Positions 11,401 through 26,400 of a stretch of DNA of 64,000 bases are shown one piece after another (the stretch's first letter is position 1; each line of letters starts with the position of its first letter). The position numbers and the translations under genes are program-made. The DNA is from Balanoglossus misakiensis (Eukaryota > Animalia > Hemichordata). The DNA lies in contig CM082581.2 in the NCBI GenBank assembly GCA_040954595.2, positions 13,651,921 through 13,715,920 on the forward strand. Direction: 5' to 3'. A model generated the notes under the pieces. The model was not told where the DNA came from. It did not search any database and worked only from the letters and a program-made list of their open reading frames with translations.

Positions 11401-14400
11401 GGACTATTTACCATTCTTTGCAGACAATGACATTGATCTGATTATTTGCCTTGTGCACTGATGTATCGTGTCTGGCTTTCGCTCCACTAAATATCATTTA
11501 TGAGGATCTTAATATATAATGGGTCATGGTACTTTCATCTAAAGTCTTTAGCCGGACCGTGGTCACCTGATTGGGGAATATAGCCGTACTGTGTGTCCAT
11601 CGGCCCTTGTATGCCAGTGGACATCGCACCCAAAGGAATAAATCTCATTATCGTGGGTATTGACACTCATTTGTCAAGCCACTGCCACCTATAAGTGGAA
11701 CACTGTGTCCTGACAACAATCCGTGACCAGACTTCTCTATTCATCTAAATCACCATGACTATATCCATGCAGCAAATTTCAAGTGCCACTCCCCATTTTG
11801 TGAAATGTTAAATTCCATGCACTCCTGCGATTGGTAATTTTTCCTGGAATTTTGTGCAGATTGTGAGAAAATAGTACTAGAACCAATACATGTACAGCAA
11901 TTTGGGGGAGAAGTTTGAATTCTGTATTTTTGTTTCAGTAAATGTATTTCAGAACCACATCAATTTTCTGGTGTGTTTGGCCACGGTCACTCCGCAAGTG
12001 TGTAGTGACCGTGGTTTGACCCCATGCTGACCACTGCTAGTTGCATGGTCAACCACAGGAATTTGAAGCATTGGTTTATCAACAAAATAAAAACGGCTTC
12101 TTTTATCAACTCGCATAAAGGCAGTTTCTCCTTGACATCAACTCGGCACAAAAGCTTTGATTTCTTTCCTTTCTCTGCATCATCACCTCAGGAAGGTGAA
12201 ATTATCATCAGTCTTTTCTTTCACAATGAGGTCACTCTTTTATGGGAGCAAGTGGTGTACATTATATTGCGTGACAGTAGCAAAGATTAGATGACCTGGA
12301 CAGTACGAGGAATGAGGTAATGTTCCTGTCTGTGATTTGCAGACATGCTGAGTGCCATACATGTACATGTACATGTACCAGTAACTTGTTTTTGGAACCA
12401 TGAGCAAGAAATGCTGACTCGGCATGTTTTCATATATCTGGTGACTTCACAGCCAAATAGCAATATTTCACTAACAAGTTCTGTGACGACTATATTGGAT
12501 TTTGACAACACTTATAAAGGTCCTAAACATCCACAGCAAAGAACTGGTGCACTCTCGGTGTTATTTTCTCTTTTGCCACATTCACAAAACTGTTTTCACC
12601 AGGGAGAGAGTAGACTAGTTGGAGAACAAGCCTCAGCAAGAAAATGGGAGAGTGAAAAAAAAGTACAGAAAGTCATCTGTGAAAAGGTTAGCGCTGTGCA
12701 TTTTGTGAGGTGCTGATATATTTGCTTATTCAACAGTCGGTTGAAACTGTCGTCTGTATTTACATCCTTGACATAATGGAATCACCTTCTGCTCTTAATG
12801 ATCCCAATATCTCTCATCAACTGGAAGTCTGAATTGTCCCATTCACCCACTGTCTCATCAAAAGCTAATCGGGGCCTGATTTCGTTTCTTTTGAAGTACT
12901 TGAAGAGGACCTTGTGAAACTGCTTGTTTTCTTCATTCTGATGGCCGAGCAAGACTGGATTGATGAACTGAACACGATTAGTCTTGTAAATTGCCACTTA
13001 TATGAGGTGAAAAGTAGCGCTGTGTGTGCATGCTAATCTATTCTTTGTTGTACTGCACATTTAAGGTGACATGGGATGAATTGAACTACTTCATGACTAT
13101 CAGTATGGGAACTATCTAATTGCGTTTTAGCTCATTTGTTTTGATAATTATCAATGGCATAGGAGAGGGGTGCATCAGTAAATAAAGATGGCATCATCTT
13201 GGTGAATGCAAAGCTGTGTAATCGCCACTCCACCCTAGTCCAGAGTCCCACTTGGCACACCCTTACCAAACACTTCAAATGATTTTTATCAAAGCGTGAG
13301 CTACCCTTAAAAAACAATCTGATGAAATTCCGCATTGTTTGAAAGACTTGAAACCTGTCGCCCATAGTTTCCAGTCCGTGGGGCCAAACTTCAGTAAAAA
13401 GAGTTTGGTTTGCTGGTCAAGAGGGTTAAAGGCTCATGAGCTACAACTCTTTGTGGTTCTCAAAAATATCTTCAAATTTTCCTCATTTTTTTAAAAATTC
13501 TACTCTTTATATGATATTGCATTTCCCACATTTATAAATGAGAGAATGCGGAAATGATGAAATACTAACCGTCCTCCACTGACTAGATTTTGTCCTTTCT
13601 TGACGAATCTGCAGACATCAACTTTGTGGCCCACACAGAGGGCTCGTGGTGATCTTGGTATTTCCCCATTAGGTCTCAGTTTGTAGCAGCAGATGTCGGC
13701 GCCAAATGTCAAGAAAAGATGTTGATCCTCCAGCTGTAACCATGGCAACAAGCTGAAAATAATGAAGACGTATGGAGAAATGATTGACTTGTGCTGACAT
13801 GTGAATAAAAGGTGTGTGCAGAGGATTTGATTGACATCCACCAGACGGAATTGTGGTGACTGCGTGTCGTATCCCGGGTAACCACATCCGGGCAGATTTA
13901 TCAACACTAAATCAATCCCACATCTCAAGTCCATGCATCAACATCAATTCAACTTCATATACTCAGCTCTGAATCTCAACGCTTTCTGTTTCCAGGCTAT
14001 ATCTCTTCGCTTCCACAAGTGAACCCTTGTGATTAAAACAAATAATGGCTGCTTAATATCTCCTGTCGTAAAAGAATTAATCTGTGTGCGATAACCCCTG
14101 GTGCAGAGGTTGCGGAGAATGACATCTCTACATCTGAAGAGGTTTTAAAAGTCCCCCCAGAGCTCAACTGGCTAAATTACGGCCAGTAATTGATGGCAGG
14201 TTGATCTGAAATGCCTGATAACGCCTCTGAGCTTTGGCCAACTCTGGCCGTTGCCCTGGTGATCCCCGACCTTTCTCTGGACCAACCAATACAGAAACGG
14301 TAGCCTTGACGACAGTAAGAAACATCTACATAAAACTGGTAAAATTCCAGACCACTACACCAGATGAAGGGGTTATATGCTTAACGATTGGAATGATCTG

Positions 14401-17400
14401 CACTGGAAATTTGACAAACCGATAAGGGGCACGCTTGACACTCCAAGGGGAATACGCTGACAAGAATATGTTTTATAGTGGTAATTGTTAGCACTTCTGA
14501 CCGCCATTAGGGAACAATTTATTGGCCAAATCTGATAAATCAAGGTGAGTACATTCAAGTTCTGTCTCAGGCTGACTGAACCAGTTGACAGTGGCTAAAA
14601 ACGTTCCTAATGCCTCTGTCACTCGTAACAATGCTTTCATTATTCCATGAACAAAAATAATTCATACAGATCAACACATGAACAAAGTGCCAATGGAAGG
14701 GGTTTGACAAATTGATTCTCAATCTGATTTATTTCACTGATACACACATTACGCAGTAATTAACAGTCACCTGTGAACTAAGACTTGACTCCAATCATAC
14801 TGGTTTTAGATCATGTGAATTAATGATTCAAATTACTGTAAATACCAAGTCTTGGATTTGACTGGATACTAGTCAAATATAGTAACATAATACACAGAGT
14901 ATGGGTTACCTGTATCAGGCCCTTACGGGATTATACTCTGATTTCAAGATTTGCATGGAGTATTATGTGTTAGTGGGACAACAGTTCTTGTTTTTTTGTA
15001 CCTTTCTGTTCAGCTGGTCACTGATAAAACCTAATGCCATCAGAATGTCCAAAGGCACTTTTGAGAATCTTTGAGAATTTCTATTAAATGACCAGTTTTT
15101 TGTTCCTTGTACTGGCGAATGAGCCAAACTGGACCAAGACCTGGCACCTGTAAATCAAAGCACCTGTAAATCAATCGCTTTGAATGACTGTCATGTTAAC
15201 AGCTGGCAACAATGCTCATCGAAACCAGGTAACACTCGAGGGTGATGTTAGTATTGGTAAAATCAATGTCCTTACATGCAATAAATTTGCAAAACTTGAG
15301 AAGAGGGCACATTGTATGACCCACATTGGTAACCAGACATTACATACTTCAACACATAAAATACTGCCGGTTAAACTTTACACATTTTAGGCTGTTCACA
15401 GTGAAAATGAAGTTACAGAGAACCCTGTCAATACTGGACCCTGTCTAATCTGGAAACTTGTCAATCTTGAACAGTTGTCCCCAGTTCTTTTCAGAGATGA
15501 CGCAGAGTTAAAAGACCCTCTATAGACCAGACACCTCTGCAAACTGAACAAATTCCTCATCCTTTTTGCATTCAGTTTCATCAGATTTTTCCACACACAT
15601 GGCTAAATATGTCAAACTTGGAAACTTGAATACAAGTTTCCCATTCTCCAGAATATCTGATGTACTGAAAACTTACACTGTGACAAAATACACGTAACAC
15701 GCAACATACAGCAATGTTTCTGTGTGTGAAATGTCAATGACAGCTCTGTCTTTTTGAAGTAGCCACCGACCGTTGGGTATTAATCTATCTACTTCAGGTG
15801 TCAATCACTGAAATAAATCAGACTTTTGTGGTTTACAATGACTCTGTGTCGAGTGTTGGTGATGTAGATTGATTCAAACACTTCATAATTTGTCCTACTG
15901 TGGATGCAAACACCTTTTCCATGAATCTTACATCACTAAATAAACCATGGCAACCTCTAGTAATCACAAAATCAGTATAAAAGTTAATGAAATTCATATA
16001 TGTGGTAATGAACTTGTATCTTGAGTGAATAAATCTTGTTCATAATTTATTTAGTATCTGGCCTGGCTTAAATCAAAGGGGATAGATTTCATCTGCAAAA
16101 GTAAAAAAATATTGAAAAGAAAGACATTTTATAACACAGAAATCCACGAAAACAGGTCATGTCACAAAACTAGCTCAGGGTGATTATTAATAGAGCATTT
16201 GCAAATAATATAATTTTCAAGCTAACAACCGTTCCACTAAGATTTGAGATTTTTTTTCTGGAAGTGCAAATTAGTTGAATAACCAAACTTCCTTCCTAGT
16301 GATAAAGGTTTGACACCCTTGTTTGTATTCTCAAATTTATAACATTTTTAATAGGGTCACTGTACTGGGATGAAAATAAACCAACAAACTACAGTGACTG
16401 TAACTTTACCAGTATTCATTCAGTGTTTGCCATGTTTTGCAAATGGAATGCATTGATTATGAGTGACTGTGTAAATGTTAGCAAAACATTACCTTCCTAT
16501 TGGCCATATCCTTCCTACAAAATGGATCTCCATTATAGTCATATTTTTCCCTCATCAATTTTCCGGACTTTCCCCCGGAAATTTTCTAAGTGCAGCTTTT
16601 CTTTCTACAGGCATACGTGTGAAATCTTAATTAAGCATGTGTCAAAATACTAATTAATGATAATACCCAGATATCTTTCTACTCATTTATCATGATAAAA
16701 TGGCATGAAAGACCTCCTTTTCATTACTTGGTTTGCATTGCTGCTTGGCAGCATTTCATATAGAGGAAACAGATATCTGTTATCTCACTGACCCATTTTG
16801 CTGACTTCATCAAACTCACTGAATAATTCACAGAACACACTAGAGTGACACTAAGTGAATAAAATGCAGCAAGCATGACCGTGACAGTAACTGAATTATT
16901 AGTGGAATACACATGATACTGATCAGAAAGTACTATGTACTGAACACAACAGCCGTAGTAAATGTAGTTCCTGCGTTTTATGGCCAATTTCCTAAATAGA
17001 TTGGAGCTTGATTGTGCCTGAGTGATAAAATAAATGTCTTCTCTGATGGAAAGAGATGTCTTTGGAGATAGTTCTTTATCTGTGAAGCAGTTTTGGGTCA
17101 CAAACATAACCCAAACCATATTTCAAGTACTGTTTCCTTAAATAGATCTATGTACATATTTTTGCTGGGTTGTGCAGATTGTCACTTTTATGAGTTTCAA
17201 CAAATGATCAAGAAAATTCGATGGAGCCATCCAAACTTCTTCACTGCCATTCCTAGTTTTAGCTGCTGCACGCTGCAAGTAATTCCGTCAAACTCAAAGT
17301 CAACATTTCAAAACGACAAGAGGAAGTGGCATTCTACTTATGCAAATGGTTTCCTATCAATCAATACACCACAAAAGTCATGAAAATGCTAAGAAATTTA

Positions 17401-20400
17401 TCGCTACAGTCTTTGACAAGCTTTTTAGCTGTCAAAGTTCTACTTAAAGTTCAAGTATATAACTGGGTGGCCTAGAATAAAACAGATGATTAATTAGTCT
17501 GAGATACAAAGTGTTGATAGAAGGGATTTTCGGAAAGGATTCTTGTAGATGATGTGACCACCTGTTGGATTGGGCAACCATGACAGATACACTCATAAAG
17601 GAGATAACTGCTCTTCTGAACCTACAGCTGATATCGTAAAAATTACAAAAAGGTCATGTATAATTTTTATATGGCTAAGACATGTTTTACTTTTGAATGC
17701 ATTATGTTAATCAGACATTGGGCAAAGACTCAGCACTCTCCCAGTTTACATTGGGTTCAATTCAAACCCACATGTAGTTTTCACAGCTCAAACAAGTCTG
17801 AGAGCAAACTCAGAAAACTTGTGATACCTTTACTTCTGCTGACATAATTGACAAAAAAAATGTAGTCAGCAGTAACCTAATATTGGGATTCAATCTGATC
17901 AGTTCTAAAGAGTCTATCCACCCCTAAAAAATCCCTCTTTTCCAACTCAACTGTTCCTTTATTGTTGCTACCTTCTCGTTGGTGTAAGGTTTGCTTAGTG
18001 ATTGAAGGAATTTGGACATTACGTGCTCTCTTAATGTGGTCATCAGATTTGACCAGGTATTCTTTTGTGAAGTGTCTGAGAAAACAACTTGCATTTGCAA
18101 AGTGTCCAGTCGATTCAAACTGTACTGAATGAACTGACAGCCACACATCCTAACTTGCATTAGTGTACTTCCAGACACCAACAGCACTTTTAGTTCAGAA
18201 GGGAAAAAAAGTCAAGTATCAACTGATATTTGGGTGACGTGTACTTTGAACAGGGCATGGATTTCCATTGACAGCCCATCATTCTCTGTAACCTAGGCAA
18301 CTAAATACGAAACACAGCAGAATTGTCTAATCCCCGACTCCACCTAAAAATTATCAATTCCTTGATAACAGTTCACCTCTTCAGTCTGCCTCTTAGTTTG
18401 AACTGAATCCAAGCCATTTATAGTTAAAGGAACAGCAAGTAACTTTGTGGAATTCTTTCCTACAATGCAGCTACTACCTGAATTAGTGAGAATTAAGTTT
18501 ATGGTTAATTTCAGTCTTTGTCCCTTTAAATGATCAGAAATAAATGCACTCACAGTGATCTTATTTATGAACACAGTAATTCTCCATTCCCACCAAATGC
18601 CAACATTGTACATGACTTAGCATGGAAGTACACCCCATCAACATATCTACCCACTGATCGTGTTGCTTGGAATCCAATGTTTAATGTGCCATCATCACCC
18701 CTGTATGATTACTTCAAACTTCAAAACTTCCATGGCAAACCACAAGTACATCCGGACTACACTGCAAACCGGAATCAGGAGGGATTTTACTGACATATTT
18801 ACAATACATATGTTTGTAACAATTTGTACAGCTAGTTTCCATAGCAACATGTTTTAATTCTCAATCAATACATTAACCTCACTGCAAGTCCTCTTTTGTT
18901 CAAACATGTAATTTATTCACTCTTGTCAAAAATTTCTCTTCAAAATGTGCATTTTGGAACAAATGCGCAGTTCCATCACCAGGCAGAAATGATGATATCT
19001 TTATCCCCTTGTACAAGCATTAAATCTCTCTTTACATGGAAAACTACTCCATTCTCTTCCATGATGTACAGTGGAGATTACTGCCTATGTATGATCGCAA
19101 AGATGTATGTGGCTGGTGCATAAGAAACTGACATTGCTTGAATCACCTCAGTTTCCATATATCAAAATTTTTACACACTGGAAGGAACTATTCTTTAGAT
19201 GCTTACATGGAAATTTAATAATGATTTCAGAGGCCGGGTGATAGTACACCGTATGAATGGATATTACAGACACACACACACACAAATCAACAGAGAGGGG
19301 CAGAATAAAACAGAAGAAAATCTAACAGGCGTGTTTGCTATACTTTGGCTCGAGTAGCGCCATTCCACTGGTAGATAGACGTACTCCAATGGTGTCAAGA
19401 TCGATCCACTTGTCAGCTTTGCTGGTGTGAAGGGTTGGAATAGCTGTGGCATGGCTGCAATGACCTGGCAACATTGTCCGATAAAATCTACTAATTGCAG
19501 CAGAGATAAACTACGGTGACCTGTGAAGGACTGGCTCCTAAGTTTTGACAGAATCTGACATATGACAAAATCAATGCTGTTGTGAATAACCAACCGGCCT
19601 GAGGGTTTGATCTGCAGACAGGAAGCAAACCCAACTCTTTTGTTTCCTGCGGTACTTGTCTCACAACATTTCTGGATTGTTTTTGTGGTAAATGCTGTGA
19701 AAGCCCGTCTGACATTGAGAGGTTTTTTCGTCTGGAGCCCTACCACAGTTCGGCCTACTTCCTGTCCCTGTGCGACACCGACAAGGCAACAGGTGGGTGG
19801 CCGAGTGCGGGGCATTATCATGACAGAAAGTCACAACGTCAAAATACGCACACACACACACCAAATATTGCCATTTTCATGTTGTTGCTCCACGCACATC
19901 AAAACAGTCTTCAGGAAGAGAGTGTGATGGCTGAGAAGTCGGAGGTGGGTGGTCTAACTCTAAAACTCATGAAGTGGAAAAAACAAAACATCATGTGTAT
20001 ATTAATCTGATAGCTTGGTGGAAACTGTCAACAAGTACATAGCTAGCTGGACACAAATCTCATACATCAGCCGACGTATTTTACCACCAACAGAGAGATA
20101 TATGATGTGAAGTATAAAATTAGGTTTACAAAGTTCGAGAAAGACACGGCACATACTTTTTTTAAGAAAGTGAAAGTTTCTTTTCGCAATGAAATACTGA
20201 AGGACCACTGATATTGGGTATGGATCTCGAGTGATAAAAATTAAATGCCAAGTTGACAATAACCTGCAAGTAACTACTGAATATAATTATGAAGCTTTCA
20301 GTAAATACAGCATGGTAGTATAACTCTCCCAGAAATGTGTCACATGTATATGTAAGAATGTACCAACCATTCACAATAAGACGACAAATGATTATTTTTT

Positions 20401-23400
20401 TACTATAAGAGAATGTTTCTTGCAAAAGTTACAGACAAGACTCTAGTTAATGAGCCCCAAGGTGTATTATGCCGCAGAGTGAGAAAACACTGAGTCTAAT
20501 CTAATGAAAGTTTCCAATATTTGTGTTTGGATGTCCAGTTTTTAAGACTCACCTAGGGTCTATGTAAATAGATACAGGTGAAAAGTTTCAATGGAGTCCA
20601 GGGCTCACTTTTGGCTGGCCATTGTTGCAAATCTAAGTGCCCCCCAAGAAGGTGACTCCTGGTATTTTAAGTGGGCAAGTTGGCAAACGAAAACAGTTGT
20701 AGCAAGTCTGTTGTTTCTTGTCCCTTGTTTGTGCAAGAAGTCAAGAAAGCAGTGCGTCTGAGTTTGGCTGTTCTTCAATGCCGAGTCAGAGACAAGTGTG
20801 ACAGGCAGTAAATTTGCTGTCCTTGTTGGACACGACATTAACCTTTGAAAAGTGAGTACATTCTCTGTTATTCTGTCAAGTGACCATTCTGTCAAATGCT
20901 CTACATACAGACACTATTCAGACACTTTTTGAAACACACCATCATGATGTTAATTCCTGATGCATTTTGGTAAAAGGTGAGGGCAGTTGCACCGACAGAC
21001 CTGTCCATGAATATATGTCAAATGTCACTGGTCATATCTGATTAGTCATTTTATAAGTCAATAAAGAAGATGACCTTGCAGGCGCTACATCACACACTAA
21101 ATTGATGCAGTGGTAATCTCAAATTGGAAAGAACGCCTTTCTATTTTCCGCTGAATGCCAAATGGCTGTGCGCAATTAACTGATAACCTTGTGTTGCACT
21201 GTGCAGTGTGTCCTGTGGTCAGTACTTGTGCTACATACACTAACTCGAGTGAGAACTGCACAGCCAATAAATTGTTTTGTGGATGTAGTAGGCCTGTGAA
21301 GTACAACAACAATAATGTTAGAGCAGTTGGATAACATTTTAATGGTTCTCAGATCTGCTATATTCTTTAACCCTTTCACCCCTAGTTCCCTCTGCAGAGG
21401 TCCAACTCTACCGTAGAAAACAATGGATTTGGACCAAACCATGGTGGTGAAAGGGTTAAACGAGGCCTGTGGTCAGGGCCTGAAGGAGAGCAATGCTATA
21501 GTATACATGATCATGACAGGATAACAGAACCATCATGGGTTGGGTAGATAGTTGCCAGTGAGCCCTCTATGCCAATACGGTGCACATCATCCCTTCATAT
21601 GAATCCCCCATGCATATTGAAATTACGATACCAGCTAACTCTTAGTCTTACAACTTTTCTCTAGGCCATCTTCTTAAAGAAAAATTAACAAGAAAACACA
21701 TTTTCCCAAAAGCTAATATGTTAAACGGCAATAGGATAGTAACTGGACAGGTTGACTGGACAAACTGAATTGATTTTTGCCGTACGGACTTATAAAGGAC
21801 AAAATGCAGTTGTTGTGCGCAGTGAGCACAAAATGCAATCACCGTATCCTGTTTACATGATTATCGGATTTGAATAGGCAGGAATGCGCCTCACTCGGCC
21901 CCCATCCATAATTGAACATCTCAACCCTAAGCATTATAGCAACTCAGTAAACAGGCCGTTGGGTTTTATTGGAAAGTGTGTCGGTGTAATTGGTAAATAC
22001 CTGCCACGACGACGGTCTATGCCATCGGCAAAACTCTACCTGCCAGGAATGCTAATACTCCACTTGGGATGTAAACAACCTGACCCCAGAAAAACTTGTA
22101 CGTTTTACAGACACATGACTGAGACACAGTTTGACATGACATTTGGAAATCTGTTCACTGGATGGAGCTCTCGTGCTATGGGCATTTCCTTGTAGAGGAG
22201 CAAGACATTTCTTGGTTTATGACAAAATTGTTTTTGTATGTTATTCATATATGTGTCAGTATCCCATAACAGTTAGGGCTCAGCTTGAAAAGTCCTCTAA
22301 CAAATTTGGCAAGATGGAAAGAATCTCAGATGTGTGTAATGATGACCTACAAAAGAAGCAGAGGTGGTCCAAAACAGAAATATGCTAACTATAAATGGTC
22401 AACAGAATTTAATATTAGAAGTACCGGTAATTGAGTAATTAGAACACTAACTATACTCTGAACGAAGCTGGTTATATTTGAGCAACTGTTGGTCAAATAA
22501 ACGTCACAGGAACAGTAAATATGTCTTGTTTAGAGATTGACACACGCACACAGCACATAGCTGAATGCGGGCCAGCAGAAATATCAACACTTGTTTGCTG
22601 TCAGCAGTGATTCCTGCATTAAATCTTCCATGGTTGATTCGAACTTCTCCAGACTGGGTCATAAATTCACAAGTGGCCTTTGGAAATCAGTCTCACCTGC
22701 AGCAAACTGGCCAAGAGACAGTGTATGGCACCAGGGATTATTGTGATAATCACTGTGACTGTGTGACAAAGAAAGGTGCATCACACCCCTCCAGCTGGGA
22801 ATTCCATTAAGAGATTTATAAGTACAGCTACTCTCCTTCTAAACTCACACACCCCTTGAAATCTTGTCTCAAGTGCATTTTAACTTCTACAATAGCTTTA
22901 GAAATCTCTACAGATGCTGCTGTAGGCCAGCAGAATGGTTGAACATTCAATATTTTCTCTGGTGATGAAATTATTAACACTTTCAAGCCTGGCTTTCTGG
23001 GAATGTATCCGAATTTCTCCTATATATAGGATATCCGGCCAGAAAGGGTTAAATAAGATTTGAGCTGCCACTGGGCAGTCCGATGTATGTCAACTATACA
23101 ATATACAATGATATCAACTATACTTGCTTTGAATGTTAAATATTTTAGAACCTGAAAACACATATTATATAATAAATAAAGAAATTAATATGGATATCAA
23201 AGAATAGCTCGAATTATATTCCAAATATTTCTACACAGAAGACAAAATAGCGCCAGTGATCTAAATCTCCCTGACACTGTGTGTAAGCATAGTGTCAACT
23301 AACGACTGGAAACCTGGTTTCCACAATGCAGTGATGTCAAGATGGTGTACATGTAATCAGACACCTATTCCAAACCACACTACGGCAAGCAATCAGATTC

Positions 23401-26400
23401 TGTGGTTTGCAAATGAATGTACAAAAATTGCATTGGGCAATATAGCTTGTCAGTTGTGAGACATGACCTCAAAGCTCATATAATAAATCCTACTTCACCA
23501 TGTTTTTGTTCAAGATACAAGTACTTCATTTTAAGATTCGCCAATTTTAATTCCACATCTGTTACCATAAGCTTTGACTAATCATATTTTTATCTCTCGA
23601 ACTGGGTATTTCACAATTTATTCAGTAGAATGTGTTTTTTCCTGCAATTATACATATTTGACAGTCCATCATCAGCCCACTCTCTGTGCATAGAGTAATA
23701 ATATCTGTGGCTCTGTTATCTACTGACAATCTACTGTCTCACACAGAATCATCAGTATTCTCTGGACGATGGCTCTGCTAATAGCTTTTCAAGCCTGCTG
23801 AATCTTTCTAAGTGTTTTCCTGTGTAATTACCCCTCCATTCAAAGCAGCGAAAATGGAGGAAAAGTTCAGATAAACTGCAATTATGTTAGAGTGGTTGAT
23901 AGGAACGTTTATTTCGTTCCTTATCCTGAAGTCTCATCTGCTCTTGACAATTCTGCCTTAAGCCATTCCTGGTGTGTTGTGACAACAGTATTGAAGCTGA
24001 AATTACATTTTTGTTGGTCAATTTATTTATTCATGTTGCCAAAATTGAGTCGAAAATCACATTTGCACAGTTCTGGAAATGTGTTGCTCAGCAATTTGAG
24101 ATCTGAACAGATCAAATCCTACATCAATAACAGCGAAAGTCACCAATCGCTCATTCTTAATAGTATACATCATTTACCTGAATGCAATCTTAATTTTCAT
24201 GTGTATGTCACAGTATGACGTCATTTGAGAAGGCCCCTAAATATATCAAGGGCTAACAGAAGTATAAACAACTCCAGCTAGACAACTCGCGACAAGCAGA
24301 GCCAATATGAAGTGTTAGTTTTCATCACAATATCTTATCATATCATTGACTAATCTGAACTCTAGACACGTGCTTCTTTGACATCGTTTTTCATATCTGA
24401 ATTGTTTTACCCTGCACACTGCACTCATATTTCATCACCATTATAACCTGCAGAATACACACATGAATTACAGTTCCCATATACTTCAGATTTGAATTCC
24501 GATTAACATGCATATTGTCTGCTAGCCAGATAGCTTCTGTACACCTGACAATCTGTTTGTCATCTTTTGGCAATTAGATATTTGCTATTGCTGAGATCAC
24601 AGATGATAATTTGCAGATTATCTGTGAGGGTCATCTTGATCTATGTACCACAGAGCGAATAGTCTCAGCTGAACCTTGATTTTTGTAGTTCAATCACCAA
24701 ATAGATAAGATCACTGCCAAATATATAATATCTGAAATGAAGTTGAAAGAATGCACCCTGGGTAAAAGTGAAATATGACTATTCTGGCCTTCAAATTCAT
24801 ACTTTTTTACATTCATTATGAAGTTAAATTAGTCAGATTCAAACTAAGATTTAGTCACCATTGAGACAACATTTAGCTGTGTAAATCCATCATTTGGATG
24901 AAATGTACAAAACCTCACAAGGAGGGGAAAAGGATATTTCTATTAACAATCATCTAAGCCGGGTTGAGTCGATAGCAACCAGTTTTAGTGATCTCCATGC
25001 ATTTTAAATTGAAGATATGAAATAATTGTGACAATTTTATGGCCACATCACATTTATTATCAATAGAATTAAAATTTATAGGAGACTTATGGGGTTGTTC
25101 CTATTGATAACACAGGCATTTACTATTATCAATTTATTTTAAAGATGAAGATTATCTGATGCAAAGCATTGGTAAACTACACATGGACCTGCTCAGTTTT
25201 TAACAGCACGTGCATTCACACAGCATTAGATTCATTCAATACCTCTCACGGCATTTTTCTGCCCGACCAAACGGCAAAACTCAATTAAAACACACAATAC
25301 AACAGACTCATTTTTCCCTCCACGGTTCAACCATCAAAGTAATCTCTGCTACAGAGACATCATGCAACCAATTGGTACAATCTTAGCTTTCTGAGTACCT
25401 TTCAAAATCCATTGAGAAAGCTTCTCCTAGAGGTATTTTCGCTACAAGGTAGCAGTTACTAAGCCTATCATCTTTCCACCGTACAGCTTAATTGTATACA
25501 ACATAAAACAAGCCGTCTTCACTGAGGTCATGTGATTTGTTTGGTTTTCTTGTCTCCCCCGAGATTCGATAGTTTATTTTGGCACCCAGGTCATAACACA
25601 ATCACTAGCCACTTCAACTTACCCGTATCTGCCTTTTTGAAAAGAATTAACTTGTACGATCTTTCTTGAGAAAACTTCAGACAGTTCTGGTGACATGGGT
25701 CTCGCCACTTGAGTCAACATCAAGACTGGAGTTTTCGGTGACTGGGTTCCCAATTAGCAACTTAAACAACTCATGCCTAAACTTGAAATTGATATATACT
25801 TCATTTGTCTGAACTGTAAAGGGGCAAAGTCAGCCATCTTGAAGTCTAAATTTTCAGTGTTTGTTTCCAGTTGAAGATATTTATTGTATTCTGCCATTTC
25901 AACATGCTAAATTGTTATGATTTCCTCATATACTTTCCCCCAAGGACTGAAGTTTGCTTGCAGCCGGCCATGCATCAGTGTGCCTGAAATACACACCTGA
26001 AGTACTATTGAACAAATAGAAAGTATAAGTCACCAAAATTCTGCATATTAAGAAAGATTAAATTATGTATTATACTTTAATAGGGACACAACTGGTTGGC
26101 TAACTTAAGTGGACTTAAAAATGCCCGGTATTTACATGATTTATGGTGTGTATGTACTAAGATAAAACAAACATCAATCTCAAGATTAATTCCTTGGATT
26201 AATCAATTGATAAGTGTTGTATTGCTTGATACACATTTGCTAAGTGAAAATGCTTTACGCCCGTTTTAGTCATTAAATTCATCACTGGATTTTTGAACAA
26301 AAATAGCATGGTGCTGGTGGAACAGTGGTGTTCAAACAGAAGAGTTAAAAAGCTTACAACATGTATTTACTGACACAGGAATCTCTGATTTTTACTCTGG

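Noticed and set aside
12690-13023. CACAGCG heptamers (minus strand) resembling RAG/Transib recombination signals
   Set aside because: Both are in the same orientation, there is no nonamer at 12/23 spacing, and no RAG/Transib-like coding sequence is recognisable.
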